Source of the DNA: a virus
Lineage: Duplodnaviria > Caudoviricetes
DNA length: 61,141 nt
IMG/VR virus record: IMGVR_UViG_3300028920_000076
Location: 1 to 61,141 of that record
Strand: one strand, 5' to 3'
This document shows, piece after piece, positions 1 through 9,013 of the stretch. Each line of letters begins with the position of its first letter. The first letter of the stretch is position 1. A model generated the notes under the pieces. That model made no database searches and was not told the DNA's origin. It saw only the letters and a list, made by a program, of their open reading frames with translations. Both the position numbers and the translations under genes were made by a program.

Positions 1-48
1 GGGGGAGATGCGGTGCGTTTGTTGACAGCAAGAAATATTAGCAATCCA

Positions 49-200
49 GTTCCGAAGGTTCCGACCGGTTGGGGCTGTATCAGACCGATTCCGTGAGGTT
101 CCGGCAGGTTCCGAAAAAGGTGGGGATGATCTGCTGGATTCTTGCGGAGCAATTACAAAAGGTTGTGCGGGATGGGTCAACCGGGGATCGTGGGATGATG
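49..200. repeat. Phased short repeats (G)GTTCCG / GGGATG in G-rich non-coding DNA
   Basis: TTCCG at 50, 59, 89, 99, 109 (about 10-bp phase); GGGAT(G/C) at about 123, 168, 184, 192; no ORF. Confidence 0.55.
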
Positions 201-381
201 GGGTGTTCGAGCAGGGGCGAGCACTTCCGGTAGGGTGAATTGACCAATCATATACTTGACGAAACTATAGGTTACCTCTGGAAAAGTGGGAGGTCGGGGC
301 ATTTATAATTGGGGGTCAATAACAATCCGGTATAGACAATAAGGGATTGAAAATATAGGGTTAATACTTTGGGTTTTATAC

Positions 382-410
382 TTGACAAAACCTTTTAGAT
401 ATGATAGGTG
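382..410 (+). promoter_or_regulatory. sigma70-type early promoter, family member 1
   Basis: TATACTTGACAAAAC, same context as the promoters at 6787, 8212, 10976, 13293; -10 weak (TAGGTG at 17-bp spacing). Confidence 0.6.
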
Positions 411-419
411 GAGGGATAT

Positions 420-433
420 TGAAATCGATTGCA
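420..433. repeat. Dispersed 14-bp palindrome, 1-mismatch copy (TGAAATCGATTGCA)
   Basis: Read directly; just downstream of the promoter, an operator-like position. Confidence 0.7.
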
Positions 434-482
434 ATTTGGGGAGTTGAAAGATGGGTGAATTTCGGGAAGGGGCGAAACGGGC

Positions 483-842
483 ATGAGGATGTGGATGGTT
501 GATCCTGTTCTGTTATGCAAGAAGCATCTGGGTGGGGAGCACTACGAGATGCACAAGCACCTGTGGGTGTTCCGTAAGGGATACAAGGTGTCGGGACGAT
601 TCCACCCCACGGTCCAGATTCAATTTCAGGGATACGTCGAGAGGCATGATCTGCTTGCCCGTGAGATAGAGAGGCGGGGAGGGAAACACAACAGTCCACT
701 CGTTGATGTTCCTGACTTCGAGACGATATACCCGCAATATTGGAACCGGCTGGTCGATGTGGAACTGAGCAAGATCGATCTGTGCGAACGTTGCCCAGAC
801 TGCCGGGAAAGGATTAGGGCTGCTGAAAGATGGGTGAATTGA
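483..842 (+). CDS. Pyrimidine-dimer DNA glycosylase / T4 endonuclease V-like protein
   Basis: N-terminus MRMWMVDPVLLCKKHLGGEHYEMH and RHDLLAREIERRGGKHNSPL resemble the DenV/Pyr_excise family. Confidence 0.75.
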   Translation: MRMWMVDPVLLCKKHLGGEHYEMHKHLWVFRKGYKVSGRFHPTVQIQFQGYVERHDLLAREIERRGGKHNSPLVDVPDFETIYPQYWNRLVDVELSKIDLCERCPDCRERIRAAERWVN

Positions 843-1024
843 CCAAAAAAGAGATTATGGATATTATCAGATCGGCGTACCGATTGAGGCCCAGAGATAT
901 TGCGGCTTTCGAGTTGTATGCGAAAGGTGTGACCGAGGTACAGGTTGCTGGAATTGATGGTCCTTTATGGATGCGGGTGGAGGTTGCGAACCGGCTCAGG
1001 GATCTTTACAGAAAGGAATTGTGA
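830..1024 (+). CDS. hypothetical protein
   Basis: ORF tightly packed in the early operon. Confidence 0.55.
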   Translation: MGELTKKEIMDIIRSAYRLRPRDIAAFELYAKGVTEVQVAGIDGPLWMRVEVANRLRDLYRKEL

Positions 1025-1025
1025 T

Positions 1026-1265
1026 ATGGTAGATTATCAGTGGACGGAAGACGTGATGGAACAGTTGGGTTTGGGGATCGATCGTGCCCTTCGTGAGACC
1101 GTGGGGAAGATGGGCTTTGTGCTGTTGGTGTTTCCTCCCGGCAAGCCCGGTGTTTCTAATTATTTGAGTAACTGCGAAAGAGATATGATGATTTTAGCTC
1201 TGGAGGAAACGGTTGACAGGTTGAAAAAGAAGGCGGATATTCCGAGACCGATAGGGGAAGCCTGA
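1026..1265 (+). CDS. hypothetical protein
   Basis: ATG 1026 right after the upstream stop, AAGGA RBS. Confidence 0.6.
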   Translation: MVDYQWTEDVMEQLGLGIDRALRETVGKMGFVLLVFPPGKPGVSNYLSNCERDMMILALEETVDRLKKKADIPRPIGEA

Positions 1266-1302
1266 TCGGGTAACGTTTAGACGAGCAAGGAGGTAATTTA
1301 CT

Positions 1303-1671
1303 ATGGCTGAACAAGCAGAGGTTGTGAGTTTAGGTGCCCACAAACGTAAGAAGGAAAAGAAGGAAAAGAAAGAGGAACTTGTAATCGTTGACTTTCTTGA
1401 GTTTGACGCTTATAGAGCAACGGTGCAGAGACTTGTGAGTACTCTGCGGATGCGGAACCGTTACCCGAAGGGTGCTTACGATACCAGTACCTTTTATATA
1501 GGACGGAGGGTGATGCGGATAAGCTTCCGACAGCTCTATGTATCACAGTTTCAGATGCAAAAGTTGCTGAGGCTCTTGAAATCGGAGTTCTCAGATGTGG
1601 CTTACAAGTATTACGTAGAAGGGACCGATCTGCACATCTACCTGCGTGGTGAGCGAAGGAAGGATGAGTAA
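1303..1671 (+). CDS. hypothetical protein
   Basis: AGGAGG RBS; packed ORF. Confidence 0.7.
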   Translation: MAEQAEVVSLGAHKRKKEKKEKKEELVIVDFLEFDAYRATVQRLVSTLRMRNRYPKGAYDTSTFYIGRRVMRISFRQLYVSQFQMQKLLRLLKSEFSDVAYKYYVEGTDLHIYLRGERRKDE

Positions 1672-1976
1672 TGCTGATTGTAGTTAATTTGAAGAACTGT
1701 GGAGGTTGTCGGCATAGGGATCATTCGGGCTCTTTCACGCCGGGTGGTCCCAAACAGATATGCGCCCATCCTGAAGTTTCGGATGTGGTGTATAATACTG
1801 TACCTGATATGCTGTGTGACGATGCGAACGGTTTTCCATCAAAGCCTACGGGGAAGGAGCTGGAACGATTGGAGAAGCAATGCTACCACTGGAAAAATCG
1901 TATTGTGGATGAGTATGTGGATACCGACGATAAGTTTCCGATCTTTTGCCCGTTGAGGAATGGGAGTTTATACTAA
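1671..1976 (+). CDS. Cys-rich hypothetical protein
   Basis: TAATG overlap; CxxC...C...FCPL pattern. Confidence 0.65.
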   Translation: MLIVVNLKNCGGCRHRDHSGSFTPGGPKQICAHPEVSDVVYNTVPDMLCDDANGFPSKPTGKELERLEKQCYHWKNRIVDEYVDTDDKFPIFCPLRNGSLY

Positions 1977-2278
1977 TGAAGCTGTTAGTGATTATCATTA
2001 TGCTGTCGAAGTTGTCTACTCTCGCCACGATTGACGGTAAACCCACGTGGATCGATTGTCCCGAATGGGATTGGTCATTGGTGCCGGTGGAGTGTAGAGT
2101 TCCTGCGTTTAACTGTGTGCCGATCTGTGGTAAGTGGCCGGGAGATAAGGTGGATATCGGAGCCTATGAATACGTGCCGAATATTACGAGCGAGCAGCCG
2201 TGGGGAGCTTGGAAGGGAATACCTTTTAAATCCGCCCCCGGAGAAGTCACTGCTCCAGAGGGTTTTAGACGGAGGTAG
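1976..2278 (+). CDS. small exported protein with DIGAYEY motif
   Basis: TAATG overlap; hydrophobic N-terminus MKLLVIIIML; DIGAYEY. Confidence 0.6.
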   Translation: MKLLVIIIMLSKLSTLATIDGKPTWIDCPEWDWSLVPVECRVPAFNCVPICGKWPGDKVDIGAYEYVPNITSEQPWGAWKGIPFKSAPGEVTAPEGFRRR

Positions 2279-2281
2279 GCA

Positions 2282-2590
2282 ATGAGAAAATGTCCGGTTT
2301 GCAGTAGCCTGATGGATCAGAGTGTGGACGACTATCCGAGTGGTGCTTGGGAGTGCTCTGTCTGTGGTTGTATCGAAAGGAACGACGAGGCTGAGGACTT
2401 TGATCCGGGTGATGAGCTTACAGAAGAAGAAGGGATCAAAGCAATCGTTAAACTTCAAGCTGTTGGAGGTATCGAGGAGAGCGAGGAAAGAGCGAGAATA
2501 GGATGGTCTCGGATGGGTGAGGCGGATAGAGCACAGACAATGGCAATGTATCGTTTGGTGATGGGATTTGAGGATATGGAGAAGTCATGA
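2282..2590 (+). CDS. Zn-ribbon hypothetical protein
   Basis: CPVC...CSVC; GGAGG RBS. Confidence 0.65.
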   Translation: MRKCPVCSSLMDQSVDDYPSGAWECSVCGCIERNDEAEDFDPGDELTEEEGIKAIVKLQAVGGIEESEERARIGWSRMGEADRAQTMAMYRLVMGFEDMEKS

Positions 2591-2856
2591 AACTCGCAAT
2601 AATATTCGAGGCGAAAGAACTGGAAGCCTTACAACCGGGTGTAGTTGTGGAGTCTTGGCGGAGAGTCATGTCTACCGGTACGGGAAAGCGGAAGCTTGCG
2701 GCTGCGTTTACGGCGGATGAGATCGAGAAGGTCAAGAAAGTCTATAAACTTTACTGCTGGTGGTACGGCAAGATGATGCCGAGTGAACACCGCTGCACGA
2801 TTGCCGAGTATGAGTTCATGCAGCGAGTAACCTACTTCTTTGGAACGTACGAATAG
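2587..2856 (+). CDS. hypothetical protein
   Basis: ATGA overlap. Confidence 0.6.
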   Translation: MKLAIIFEAKELEALQPGVVVESWRRVMSTGTGKRKLAAAFTADEIEKVKKVYKLYCWWYGKMMPSEHRCTIAEYEFMQRVTYFFGTYE

Positions 2857-2861
2857 GAGGC

Positions 2862-3080
2862 TTGATGGATAAGGACGCAAGAATCAAGGAACTGGAGCGA
2901 AGGAATGAGGAACTTGAAACGTGCCTGGCCTGGGTCCGAGATTTTATTGATACGTTGGAGTATAAAGGAGCCTTTACTATGGCGGTGACTCGGGAGGAGC
3001 GACGAGAGTTGTTCTCCCAATTATTAGATAGAGTAGTAAAGGCGGTGGGATACCGAGAGGTAGGTCAGGGCGATGAGTGA
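2862..3080 (+). CDS. hypothetical protein
   Basis: AGGAGG RBS; start may be 2865. Confidence 0.6.
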   Translation: MMDKDARIKELERRNEELETCLAWVRDFIDTLEYKGAFTMAVTREERRELFSQLLDRVVKAVGYREVGQGDE

Positions 3081-3387
3081 TTGTAAGAATTTGACGTTTC
3101 CTATTATAAAAGAAGCCATGATCGCTGCTTCTATTGAAAAACACGATAAGTATATGGAATTGATGGATAAAGTGACCGAATATGTGAAATCTCGTGGGCC
3201 TTGTGAATGGAGTCGATTGCCAACGCTCAGGGAGATCGGTAAAAAATTTAAAATTACGATAGGTCAGGCTGAATGGATCGTTGAGGATTGTGAGCAACTG
3301 GAGCTTATCGTTGGGATTAGAGCGGGAGGATCAATCTGTGAGTTTACCAGACAAGGTGACCAAAGAGCTGAATACGTCGAGGAGTGA
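3073..3387 (+). CDS. hypothetical protein, possible HTH-like segment
   Basis: Packed ORF; LPTLREIGKKFKITIGQAEWIV. Confidence 0.55.
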   Translation: MSDCKNLTFPIIKEAMIAASIEKHDKYMELMDKVTEYVKSRGPCEWSRLPTLREIGKKFKITIGQAEWIVEDCEQLELIVGIRAGGSICEFTRQGDQRAEYVEE

Positions 3388-3631
3388 TAACCCACTGTAT
3401 TTATTGGACTTTTGTGATTGGTGGGCCGAGAGTATGGATGCCGGGAGTATTGAACATTGCATTATGTTACTGGGCCAAAAGTTGTATGAAAACGAAAAGT
3501 TACTTGACGAGCTTGGAAAACTTCGATATACCGGTATTGAGAATGACCGTGCTGCACTCGAAGGTGATGTAGAAAGGCTCACTGCGGTAATTGGAAAATT
3601 GACAGCACGGAGAACAGAGCTAACTGGCTAA
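3281..3631 (+). CDS. hypothetical coiled-coil protein (true start probably further downstream)
   Basis: Fills the gap to the next RBS; helical C-terminal half. Confidence 0.45.
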   Translation: MRIVSNWSLSLGLEREDQSVSLPDKVTKELNTSRSDNPLYLLDFCDWWAESMDAGSIEHCIMLLGQKLYENEKLLDELGKLRYTGIENDRAALEGDVERLTAVIGKLTARRTELTG

Positions 3632-3643
3632 AGGAGGTGTACC

Positions 3644-3847
3644 ATGGACGCAAGACTCATAAAAGCTGCTGGCGGGAGAGCTGACCTTATTAGGAAAGGG
3701 AAGACGATGTTAGCTGCGGGATATCAGGTAGATACGGTGCTTGCTACGATCCGTAGGGATGCCGGTATTCGTGGAGCCTGTGTCGATGAGGATCGTTATG
3801 AACGAGGTATCAGGAAGATTAGAATTGGGAGGTATCAGCATGCCTGA
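3644..3847 (+). CDS. hypothetical protein ending in an RKIRIGR motif
   Basis: AAGGAGGT RBS. Confidence 0.65.
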   Translation: MDARLIKAAGGRADLIRKGKTMLAAGYQVDTVLATIRRDAGIRGACVDEDRYERGIRKIRIGRYQHA

Positions 3848-4409
3848 TAAGATCGCATGGCACTACACGTATGAATACAAGGCTACACCTATTTTAACGG
3901 ACGGACATCTGAGGCTTACTCCAGTAGAACCGTTGCCGGGAGAGCCTCAAGGTGTTTGGTTTTCAAAGAATCCTGTCTGGGAGGAGACCGTCCGCAAGAA
4001 GACCGTTATTGTGGATAAGGTAACTGGCGAATCTGTACTCTCGACCGAGCCGCTTGCTCGTGATGAATTTTATGAAGCGACCGGATTCCGGGCCATAAGA
4101 TTTGCAATCGATTGCAGACGTTTCCCTAACCAGCTTTGCGGGTGGAACAACTATCGCAAGAAACTTTTTAAGGTTGGTCATGCCGCCCATGCCAAGGCTC
4201 TTGCGGATACTGCTAAATTATGGAAGGCAGACCCGAAGGATTGGCTTGTCATTTACCGGGAAGTTACTCTATTCGAGCTGCTGAATGAGGTTGAGATCTG
4301 GGATCATGTAGGGGACCGTGGATGGATTCCAGCCGGATTGAAGGTAAATGAGGAGACACGTAAGGTAACCGTTGCTCCTTTAATTGAGATGGGAGGGATA
4401 GCTACGTGA
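3840..4409 (+). CDS. hypothetical protein, possible ADP-ribosyltransferase-like fold
   Basis: WHYT...ILTDGHL...GVWFS pattern; GGAGG RBS. Confidence 0.5.
   Translation: MPDKIAWHYTYEYKATPILTDGHLRLTPVEPLPGEPQGVWFSKNPVWEETVRKKTVIVDKVTGESVLSTEPLARDEFYEATGFRAIRFAIDCRRFPNQLCGWNNYRKKLFKVGHAAHAKALADTAKLWKADPKDWLVIYREVTLFELLNEVEIWDHVGDRGWIPAGLKVNEETRKVTVAPLIEMGGIAT
4103..4116. repeat. Dispersed 14-bp palindrome (TGCAATCGATTGCA)
   Basis: Exact, inside CDS 3840-4409. Confidence 0.9.
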
Positions 4410-4690
4410 AGATGCCGGAGAAGTGGACTAACCTGCGGTTTACAGAGGATAGTAGTCACACGCAAAGGATGAGGGTTCGTACTAAAGGAGGCTTTCTCGC
4501 TGCCCTTACTTGTTCTTATCGTGCCTACCATGATCGTATATTTAACCCGATTGACTCGGTTATCACACTCGTACTCAAATCAGGAAAAGAAGTTGTGTTT
4601 CATATCAGTGGTCGCATGGATGAGAAAAACTATAAGGTGTTGAAAAGACGAGTAAAACGACTACCGGCCAAGGATCTGTTAGGAGGGTAG
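4406..4690 (+). CDS. hypothetical protein
   Basis: GTGA overlap. Confidence 0.55.
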   Translation: MKMPEKWTNLRFTEDSSHTQRMRVRTKGGFLAALTCSYRAYHDRIFNPIDSVITLVLKSGKEVVFHISGRMDEKNYKVLKRRVKRLPAKDLLGG

Positions 4691-4692
4691 GG

Positions 4693-4905
4693 ATGGGTGA
4701 TCGAACGTGTGAACATAAAAATAAGAAAGGGATGGATTGGCCCGATGGTGGATATGTCGAGGTTTGCGAGGACTGTGGCTTCAGCCGACATTGTTGGGAG
4801 CAAGGGGAGAGTGATTGGATATGGGTTGAGGACATCGAGGCTTCCAAGAAAGCTGTCCAGAGAGGCATAGACAACATGGGAAAACCACGGAGGCTGGAGG
4901 GTTAG
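4693..4905 (+). CDS. Zn-binding hypothetical protein
   Basis: CEH...CEDC; AGGAGG RBS. Confidence 0.6.
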   Translation: MGDRTCEHKNKKGMDWPDGGYVEVCEDCGFSRHCWEQGESDWIWVEDIEASKKAVQRGIDNMGKPRRLEG

Positions 4906-4910
4906 GTGCT

Positions 4911-5108
4911 GTGAGAGACCATATCGAGACGTTGCTAATTATAGGTACACTGGCGATAGTCCTATGGGTTGCTACTGTTGCAGTTGACCGACAAAACGAA
5001 GTAATAAGGCTGGACCGGATTCGTTGTGAGAATGGAACCTACAGCCGATGCAATCCTAAGTGTGTACCATGGCTTAAATATCTGCAAGGGAAGTGTCGTG
5101 GCGAGTAG
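4911..5108 (+). CDS. small membrane protein
   Basis: N-terminal hydrophobic helix; GGAGG RBS. Confidence 0.5.
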   Translation: MRDHIETLLIIGTLAIVLWVATVAVDRQNEVIRLDRIRCENGTYSRCNPKCVPWLKYLQGKCRGE

Positions 5109-5565
5109 AGCATGGATCGAAACAGTGTCAATCCTTGGTCTTGTCTCAGCTTGCACGGCGATGATCAAAGATTTGAATCCTGATATGGCCGGTGTAGAGG
5201 AGACATGCGATGCCTTGTACGTTGATACTCAAAGTATTTTGAGGATTTATATGGATCAACAACGCTGGACGAATCAGCTTCACAAGTTGATCGATAAGCG
5301 GATGAGAGCCATAGAGGGGGAGCTTGTAGTTAGATATGAAAGTAACCTTTTAGTGCAAGATATGATAGGAGCTATGATCGGACTCGTTTCGGACTTAGCT
5401 TTTAAAGTCTCTGAACCACGAAAGAGTATGCTATACAAGCTTACGGATGGTCTCGAAAACGTACTTGCTTTCTTTACAGATGAGTCGAATTTGGAGCATT
5501 TCAACGAGACTACTACTTTATTAGACATTACAGAGGTTATAGAAGTTGGAATTAAGAGTAAATGA
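5026..5565 (+). CDS. hypothetical helical protein (start uncertain, possibly 5098)
   Basis: Long ORF in the operon. Confidence 0.6.
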   Translation: MRMEPTADAILSVYHGLNICKGSVVASRAWIETVSILGLVSACTAMIKDLNPDMAGVEETCDALYVDTQSILRIYMDQQRWTNQLHKLIDKRMRAIEGELVVRYESNLLVQDMIGAMIGLVSDLAFKVSEPRKSMLYKLTDGLENVLAFFTDESNLEHFNETTTLLDITEVIEVGIKSK

Positions 5566-5693
5566 TAGAAATTCTGGAAGTCATATTCAACAAATTGTAT
5601 ACGTCTGGAGGGTTGCTATTCTCTGGTTTGGTGGCGTCTATCATACTTAGGACGTGGATGATAAGAAGACATAATAGTGGAAATAAAAGTTGA
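5562..5693 (+). CDS. 43-aa membrane peptide (not in ORF track)
   Basis: ATGA overlap; MIEILEVIFNKLYTSGGLLFSGLVASIILRTWMIRRHNSGNKS. Confidence 0.45.
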   Translation: MIEILEVIFNKLYTSGGLLFSGLVASIILRTWMIRRHNSGNKS

Positions 5694-5905
5694 TGTCAAG
5701 CAGAGATATCCATATCACTTTTAGAATAGAGTATGCATTTTGGCTGGAGACTATAACGGATTGGCCGGTAGGGGAAGCCTTAACCGTTGCTGGATTAGTA
5801 GCCCACCCCTTTTACTATTGGATTCGACGCAGTTCTGTCGATGCTATGTTTGAGTACTATTGGAGTCAAATGGAGTCTAAACGAGGAGGCCGAGACGATG
5901 GATGA
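5690..5905 (+). CDS. hypothetical protein
   Basis: Packed ORF. Confidence 0.5.
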   Translation: MMSSRDIHITFRIEYAFWLETITDWPVGEALTVAGLVAHPFYYWIRRSSVDAMFEYYWSQMESKRGGRDDG

Positions 5906-6350
5906 GAAGCAAATAAAGGAATCTTTAAAGAAGTTTCTTGAGGAGAAAAGTAAAGAACTGGGTGATGACGTAAAATTTGGCGGAATCATATCGGTAGGCA
6001 ACAAGAGGGAGTTGTTGGATCTGGTGGAGGAGATCGCCAGAAGTAGTGGAAGTAGAGAGGATGGTGACAGGATAAAAGTCCTTGAGTGCCTACCATGCTT
6101 GGCTAAGACCTTTGCCAGAATTTATGCTAGGCTGCGAGGAGACCCGATAGCTTACACTGGAGCACTTACGGTTAGCCTTCTAAATTGCGTTATGCGACTT
6201 GACGCTAGTTCTAACGGTAGGCAGTATTGTGACGGACTTACGCTTACGCTACTGAAGTTTGCCGAGTTGATGGATCTGCTCGACGAGCCGGAATTAAAAA
6301 GGATCAGTGCCAGAGAGTATATGGATAGAGGACAGACACATGAATTTTAA
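5898..6350 (+). CDS. hypothetical protein
   Basis: GAGGAGG RBS before ATG 5898. Confidence 0.65.
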   Translation: MDEKQIKESLKKFLEEKSKELGDDVKFGGIISVGNKRELLDLVEEIARSSGSREDGDRIKVLECLPCLAKTFARIYARLRGDPIAYTGALTVSLLNCVMRLDASSNGRQYCDGLTLTLLKFAELMDLLDEPELKRISAREYMDRGQTHEF

Positions 6351-6633
6351 GTTCCCGTACCATTATATAGTGATCGGGATTACTATAGTATTGGGCATTG
6401 CAGTTCATCAGTCATTTTTTACCAGTGACCAGCGAGTAGTCTATCGGGCTGAGGTATTGGATGCTTCCGATAAGGCTGTGGATGAGATAGTTAGGATATA
6501 CAGGGCTCACGGAATGAGTGTGGATGAGGACGTGATCTTTAAAATGCGGGAGGCGAGTAGAGAGGCCTTGATAGGGATTTTGGAATCAAACGGTTATGTC
6601 GTTGAGATCAGGAAGACAGAGGAGCCTGACTGA
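6340..6633 (+). CDS. membrane-anchored hypothetical protein
   Basis: GAGGA RBS; N-terminal TM segment. Confidence 0.6.
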   Translation: MNFKFPYHYIVIGITIVLGIAVHQSFFTSDQRVVYRAEVLDASDKAVDEIVRIYRAHGMSVDEDVIFKMREASREALIGILESNGYVVEIRKTEEPD

Positions 6634-6786
6634 CCCGGAGAAGTTGTATCTGATGGCCTACCTATAGTCTTGCAAGAAAAAAGGCTACCTTATTATAAGG
6701 CATAGCCTCCCCGATGTTGGCTCTGTCGTTATACCTTTATTTATGTAGCTGCTTTCCTACGCAATCCCCTCGTGCCATTTTTATCC

Positions 6787-6815
6787 TTGACAAAACTTTC
6801 TATCTATTATAGTTT
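6787..6815 (+). promoter_or_regulatory. sigma70-type early promoter, member 2
   Basis: TTGACA-N17-TAGTTT with conserved spacer AAACTT..TA.CTATTA and downstream CTGGAT. Confidence 0.75.
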
Positions 6816-6879
6816 TGACTCTGGATATTTATCGAAAACTGGCACTGAAAACCTTTAACAGAAAGGAGGACGCTGACTG

Positions 6880-7971
6880 ATGCGGGATTTGGTAGACTTG
6901 TTGGCGGCGAATCGCCGAGGGGAATGGCCTACCGACGATGACACAATTTCCAATACAGTAAATTCGTTGTGTAACGAGGCTTCAGACATGACGGAGTTTG
7001 ATGACCTCGAACCTGAACCGTCAATTATAATAGAACGACAAACGGAGGACACCACCATGAGTAAAAGACAAAGTAAACCAAAGGCTCACATTCGATCTTA
7101 CGTGACTATCAATGACAAAGACTTCTATCTCGGCACCGGAACTTCCTTGGGTATCGCCAGAGGTCGTGCTGTGAAGTTGCTGAAACAGGCCGACCTGACT
7201 CCGGGTACTGATCCAGTGAGTGCCATTCGTACGACTACCAAGCAGAGGGAGTGGGCTGGCAAGGGAATCGATGCTATTCTCGCCCTCCTGACTGAGCCGG
7301 ATGCTGCTCCAGCCAAGAAGACCGCTGATGACAAAGCTTCCGAGAAGGAAACCAAGCCGGAAAAAGCTGATGCTAAAGGTGAGGAAGATGATCCCGATGT
7401 TATTATGGAGCTGTTGGAGGACGAATCGGCCACCCCCGATAAAAAGGAAGCCGATGAAAAGCCGGATGCCAAGGCCCAGAAGAAGAAAGTCGATGCCAAG
7501 AAGTCGGACACCAAGGCTAAGGATGCGAAGAAACCTGATGAGGAGCCGGAAACCGAAGTCAAGATTGACTCCGAACCTGAAAAGAAGTATGTTGCCGGGA
7601 AGGATATGGTGGATGTGCCCGACTATAAGCCGACCCATAAGAAATTGTTTGGCAGCATGTCGGCTGCGGAGCTGAAGAAACTGACAGAACGGGCTGTTGC
7701 CGAACTTGGAAAGTTGCTGAAAGAGGGTGACTCGGTTATCACCGTTGTCCGAACCGTGACCAAATCTAAGTTTAACGCCAAATGCCATATCTTTGCCAGA
7801 TCCGAGGATGGCGAACTCGTTAATATCACGGAGTATATCAAGAGCCTCGAAAACAAACGGCAGGATTCCAGTGATGTTTTCTTGCTTCGACCGGAGAACA
7901 ATGGCTGGATTCGTCTGATCTCCAAGGCTGTATTTGGAAAGGAAGATGCACTGGACGAGATGCGTATCTAA
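6880..7971 (+). CDS. K/D/E/A-rich low-complexity protein (second RBS and ATG near 7057)
   Basis: Two SD sites; own promoter and terminator; charged linker between two globular parts. Confidence 0.75.
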   Translation: MRDLVDLLAANRRGEWPTDDDTISNTVNSLCNEASDMTEFDDLEPEPSIIIERQTEDTTMSKRQSKPKAHIRSYVTINDKDFYLGTGTSLGIARGRAVKLLKQADLTPGTDPVSAIRTTTKQREWAGKGIDAILALLTEPDAAPAKKTADDKASEKETKPEKADAKGEEDDPDVIMELLEDESATPDKKEADEKPDAKAQKKKVDAKKSDTKAKDAKKPDEEPETEVKIDSEPEKKYVAGKDMVDVPDYKPTHKKLFGSMSAAELKKLTERAVAELGKLLKEGDSVITVVRTVTKSKFNAKCHIFARSEDGELVNITEYIKSLENKRQDSSDVFLLRPENNGWIRLISKAVFGKEDALDEMRI

Positions 7972-7996
7972 TGTAGGCTTCATACCGATTGTCCCT

Positions 7997-8038
7997 ATAG
8001 GGGAGTTGATGGAATTAATGTCAGCTCCCCTATTTTAT
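7997..8038 (+). terminator. Rho-independent terminator
   Basis: ATAGGGGAGTTGA...TCAGCTCCCCTAT stem followed by TTTAT. Confidence 0.75.
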
Positions 8039-8163
8039 GTGAGGTCACCTGCTGAGATCTGGCGGTTTGTACGGCGATATCCGGGTAGATCGTCTGGCAC
8101 CGAATACTGCAACATGCTTTTAATTGTGGTCGTCAGGAAACGGCTCTCCTTGGTTCTCAGCTT

Positions 8164-8177
8164 TGCAATCGCTTGCA
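8164..8177 (+). repeat. Dispersed 14-bp motif (TGCAATCGCTTGCA)
   Basis: Exact, intergenic, 34 nt before the -35 box. Confidence 0.9.
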
Positions 8178-8211
8178 CTCTGGCTTAATTGGTATCGCCC
8201 GTTTTATATAC

Positions 8212-8240
8212 TTGACAAAACTTGCTACCTATTATAGTAT
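8212..8240 (+). promoter_or_regulatory. sigma70-type early promoter, member 3
   Basis: TTGACA-N17-TAGTAT; 8207-8236 is identical to 13288-13317. Confidence 0.8.
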
Positions 8241-8277
8241 TTAATCTGGATTTGATTTTTAACCGGAGGTCACTACT

Positions 8278-8739
8278 ATGGGAGACGAGAAACAAGATAT
8301 TGAAAATGCTCGTGATTTGGTCAAAATGGTCGATGAGGAGTGTGCTCGAATGAATGAGATCGGCAATCCTTTCATCAATCAGTTTGTCAGAACGGCTCGA
8401 CGGCGTGTTCGCACCCATGCCCAACGGGTTGCGAGTTACCACCGAAAGCTCAAACGGTATCAGGACGATCCCGATTGGGTTGTGATCGTTTACGATGACG
8501 GTTATGAGGCGTACCATAAGGATTCGGAAACGGCCCGAAAAATTCGGGAGGAGCAACAACTCGCTAAATTTAAAGGAGAAAATCCGATTGAGTACGCTAT
8601 GGAACGATTTTTAAATCGGGATTCGGTTACCATGGTCGAAATTCGAGCTGCACTCGATACCACCATTGGTTTCTCCCCGGAGCTTCTGAAGGCTTGTCGT
8701 GACTTCCTCGTTGATGAGGGAGTTTCTATAGACAAATAA
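8278..8739 (+). CDS. hypothetical protein
   Basis: GGAGGTCAC RBS. Confidence 0.7.
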   Translation: MGDEKQDIENARDLVKMVDEECARMNEIGNPFINQFVRTARRRVRTHAQRVASYHRKLKRYQDDPDWVVIVYDDGYEAYHKDSETARKIREEQQLAKFKGENPIEYAMERFLNRDSVTMVEIRAALDTTIGFSPELLKACRDFLVDEGVSIDK

Positions 8740-8759
8740 AAATTAAAGGAGATTAAAAA

Positions 8760-9005
8760 ATGGACGAAACGACGAAAACCAAATTAAAACAAGCGTTTGA
8801 GAATGGTAGTCTTGACTTTCTGACCCGGCCAACTGGTCATACTGCGCTGGAAATATTCAAAAAAGACAAGCCGCCCATCCTGCACCCGCTTGCTGATGCG
8901 GCTTTTGCGGCAATCGAGTTGCAGGCACCCGAAGCCATTGGGTTCTTAACCGTCGATACCATTAGTAATTTATGCTATGAATATCTTGAATGTGAGCTTG
9001 GCTAA
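8760..9005 (+). CDS. hypothetical protein
   Basis: AAGGAG RBS. Confidence 0.65.
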   Translation: MDETTKTKLKQAFENGSLDFLTRPTGHTALEIFKKDKPPILHPLADAAFAAIELQAPEAIGFLTVDTISNLCYEYLECELG

Positions 9006-9013
9006 CCTTAACT

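Noticed and set aside
7934-8188. 84-aa ORF after the low-complexity gene
   Set aside because: It runs through a terminator and the motif and has no RBS; probably non-coding.
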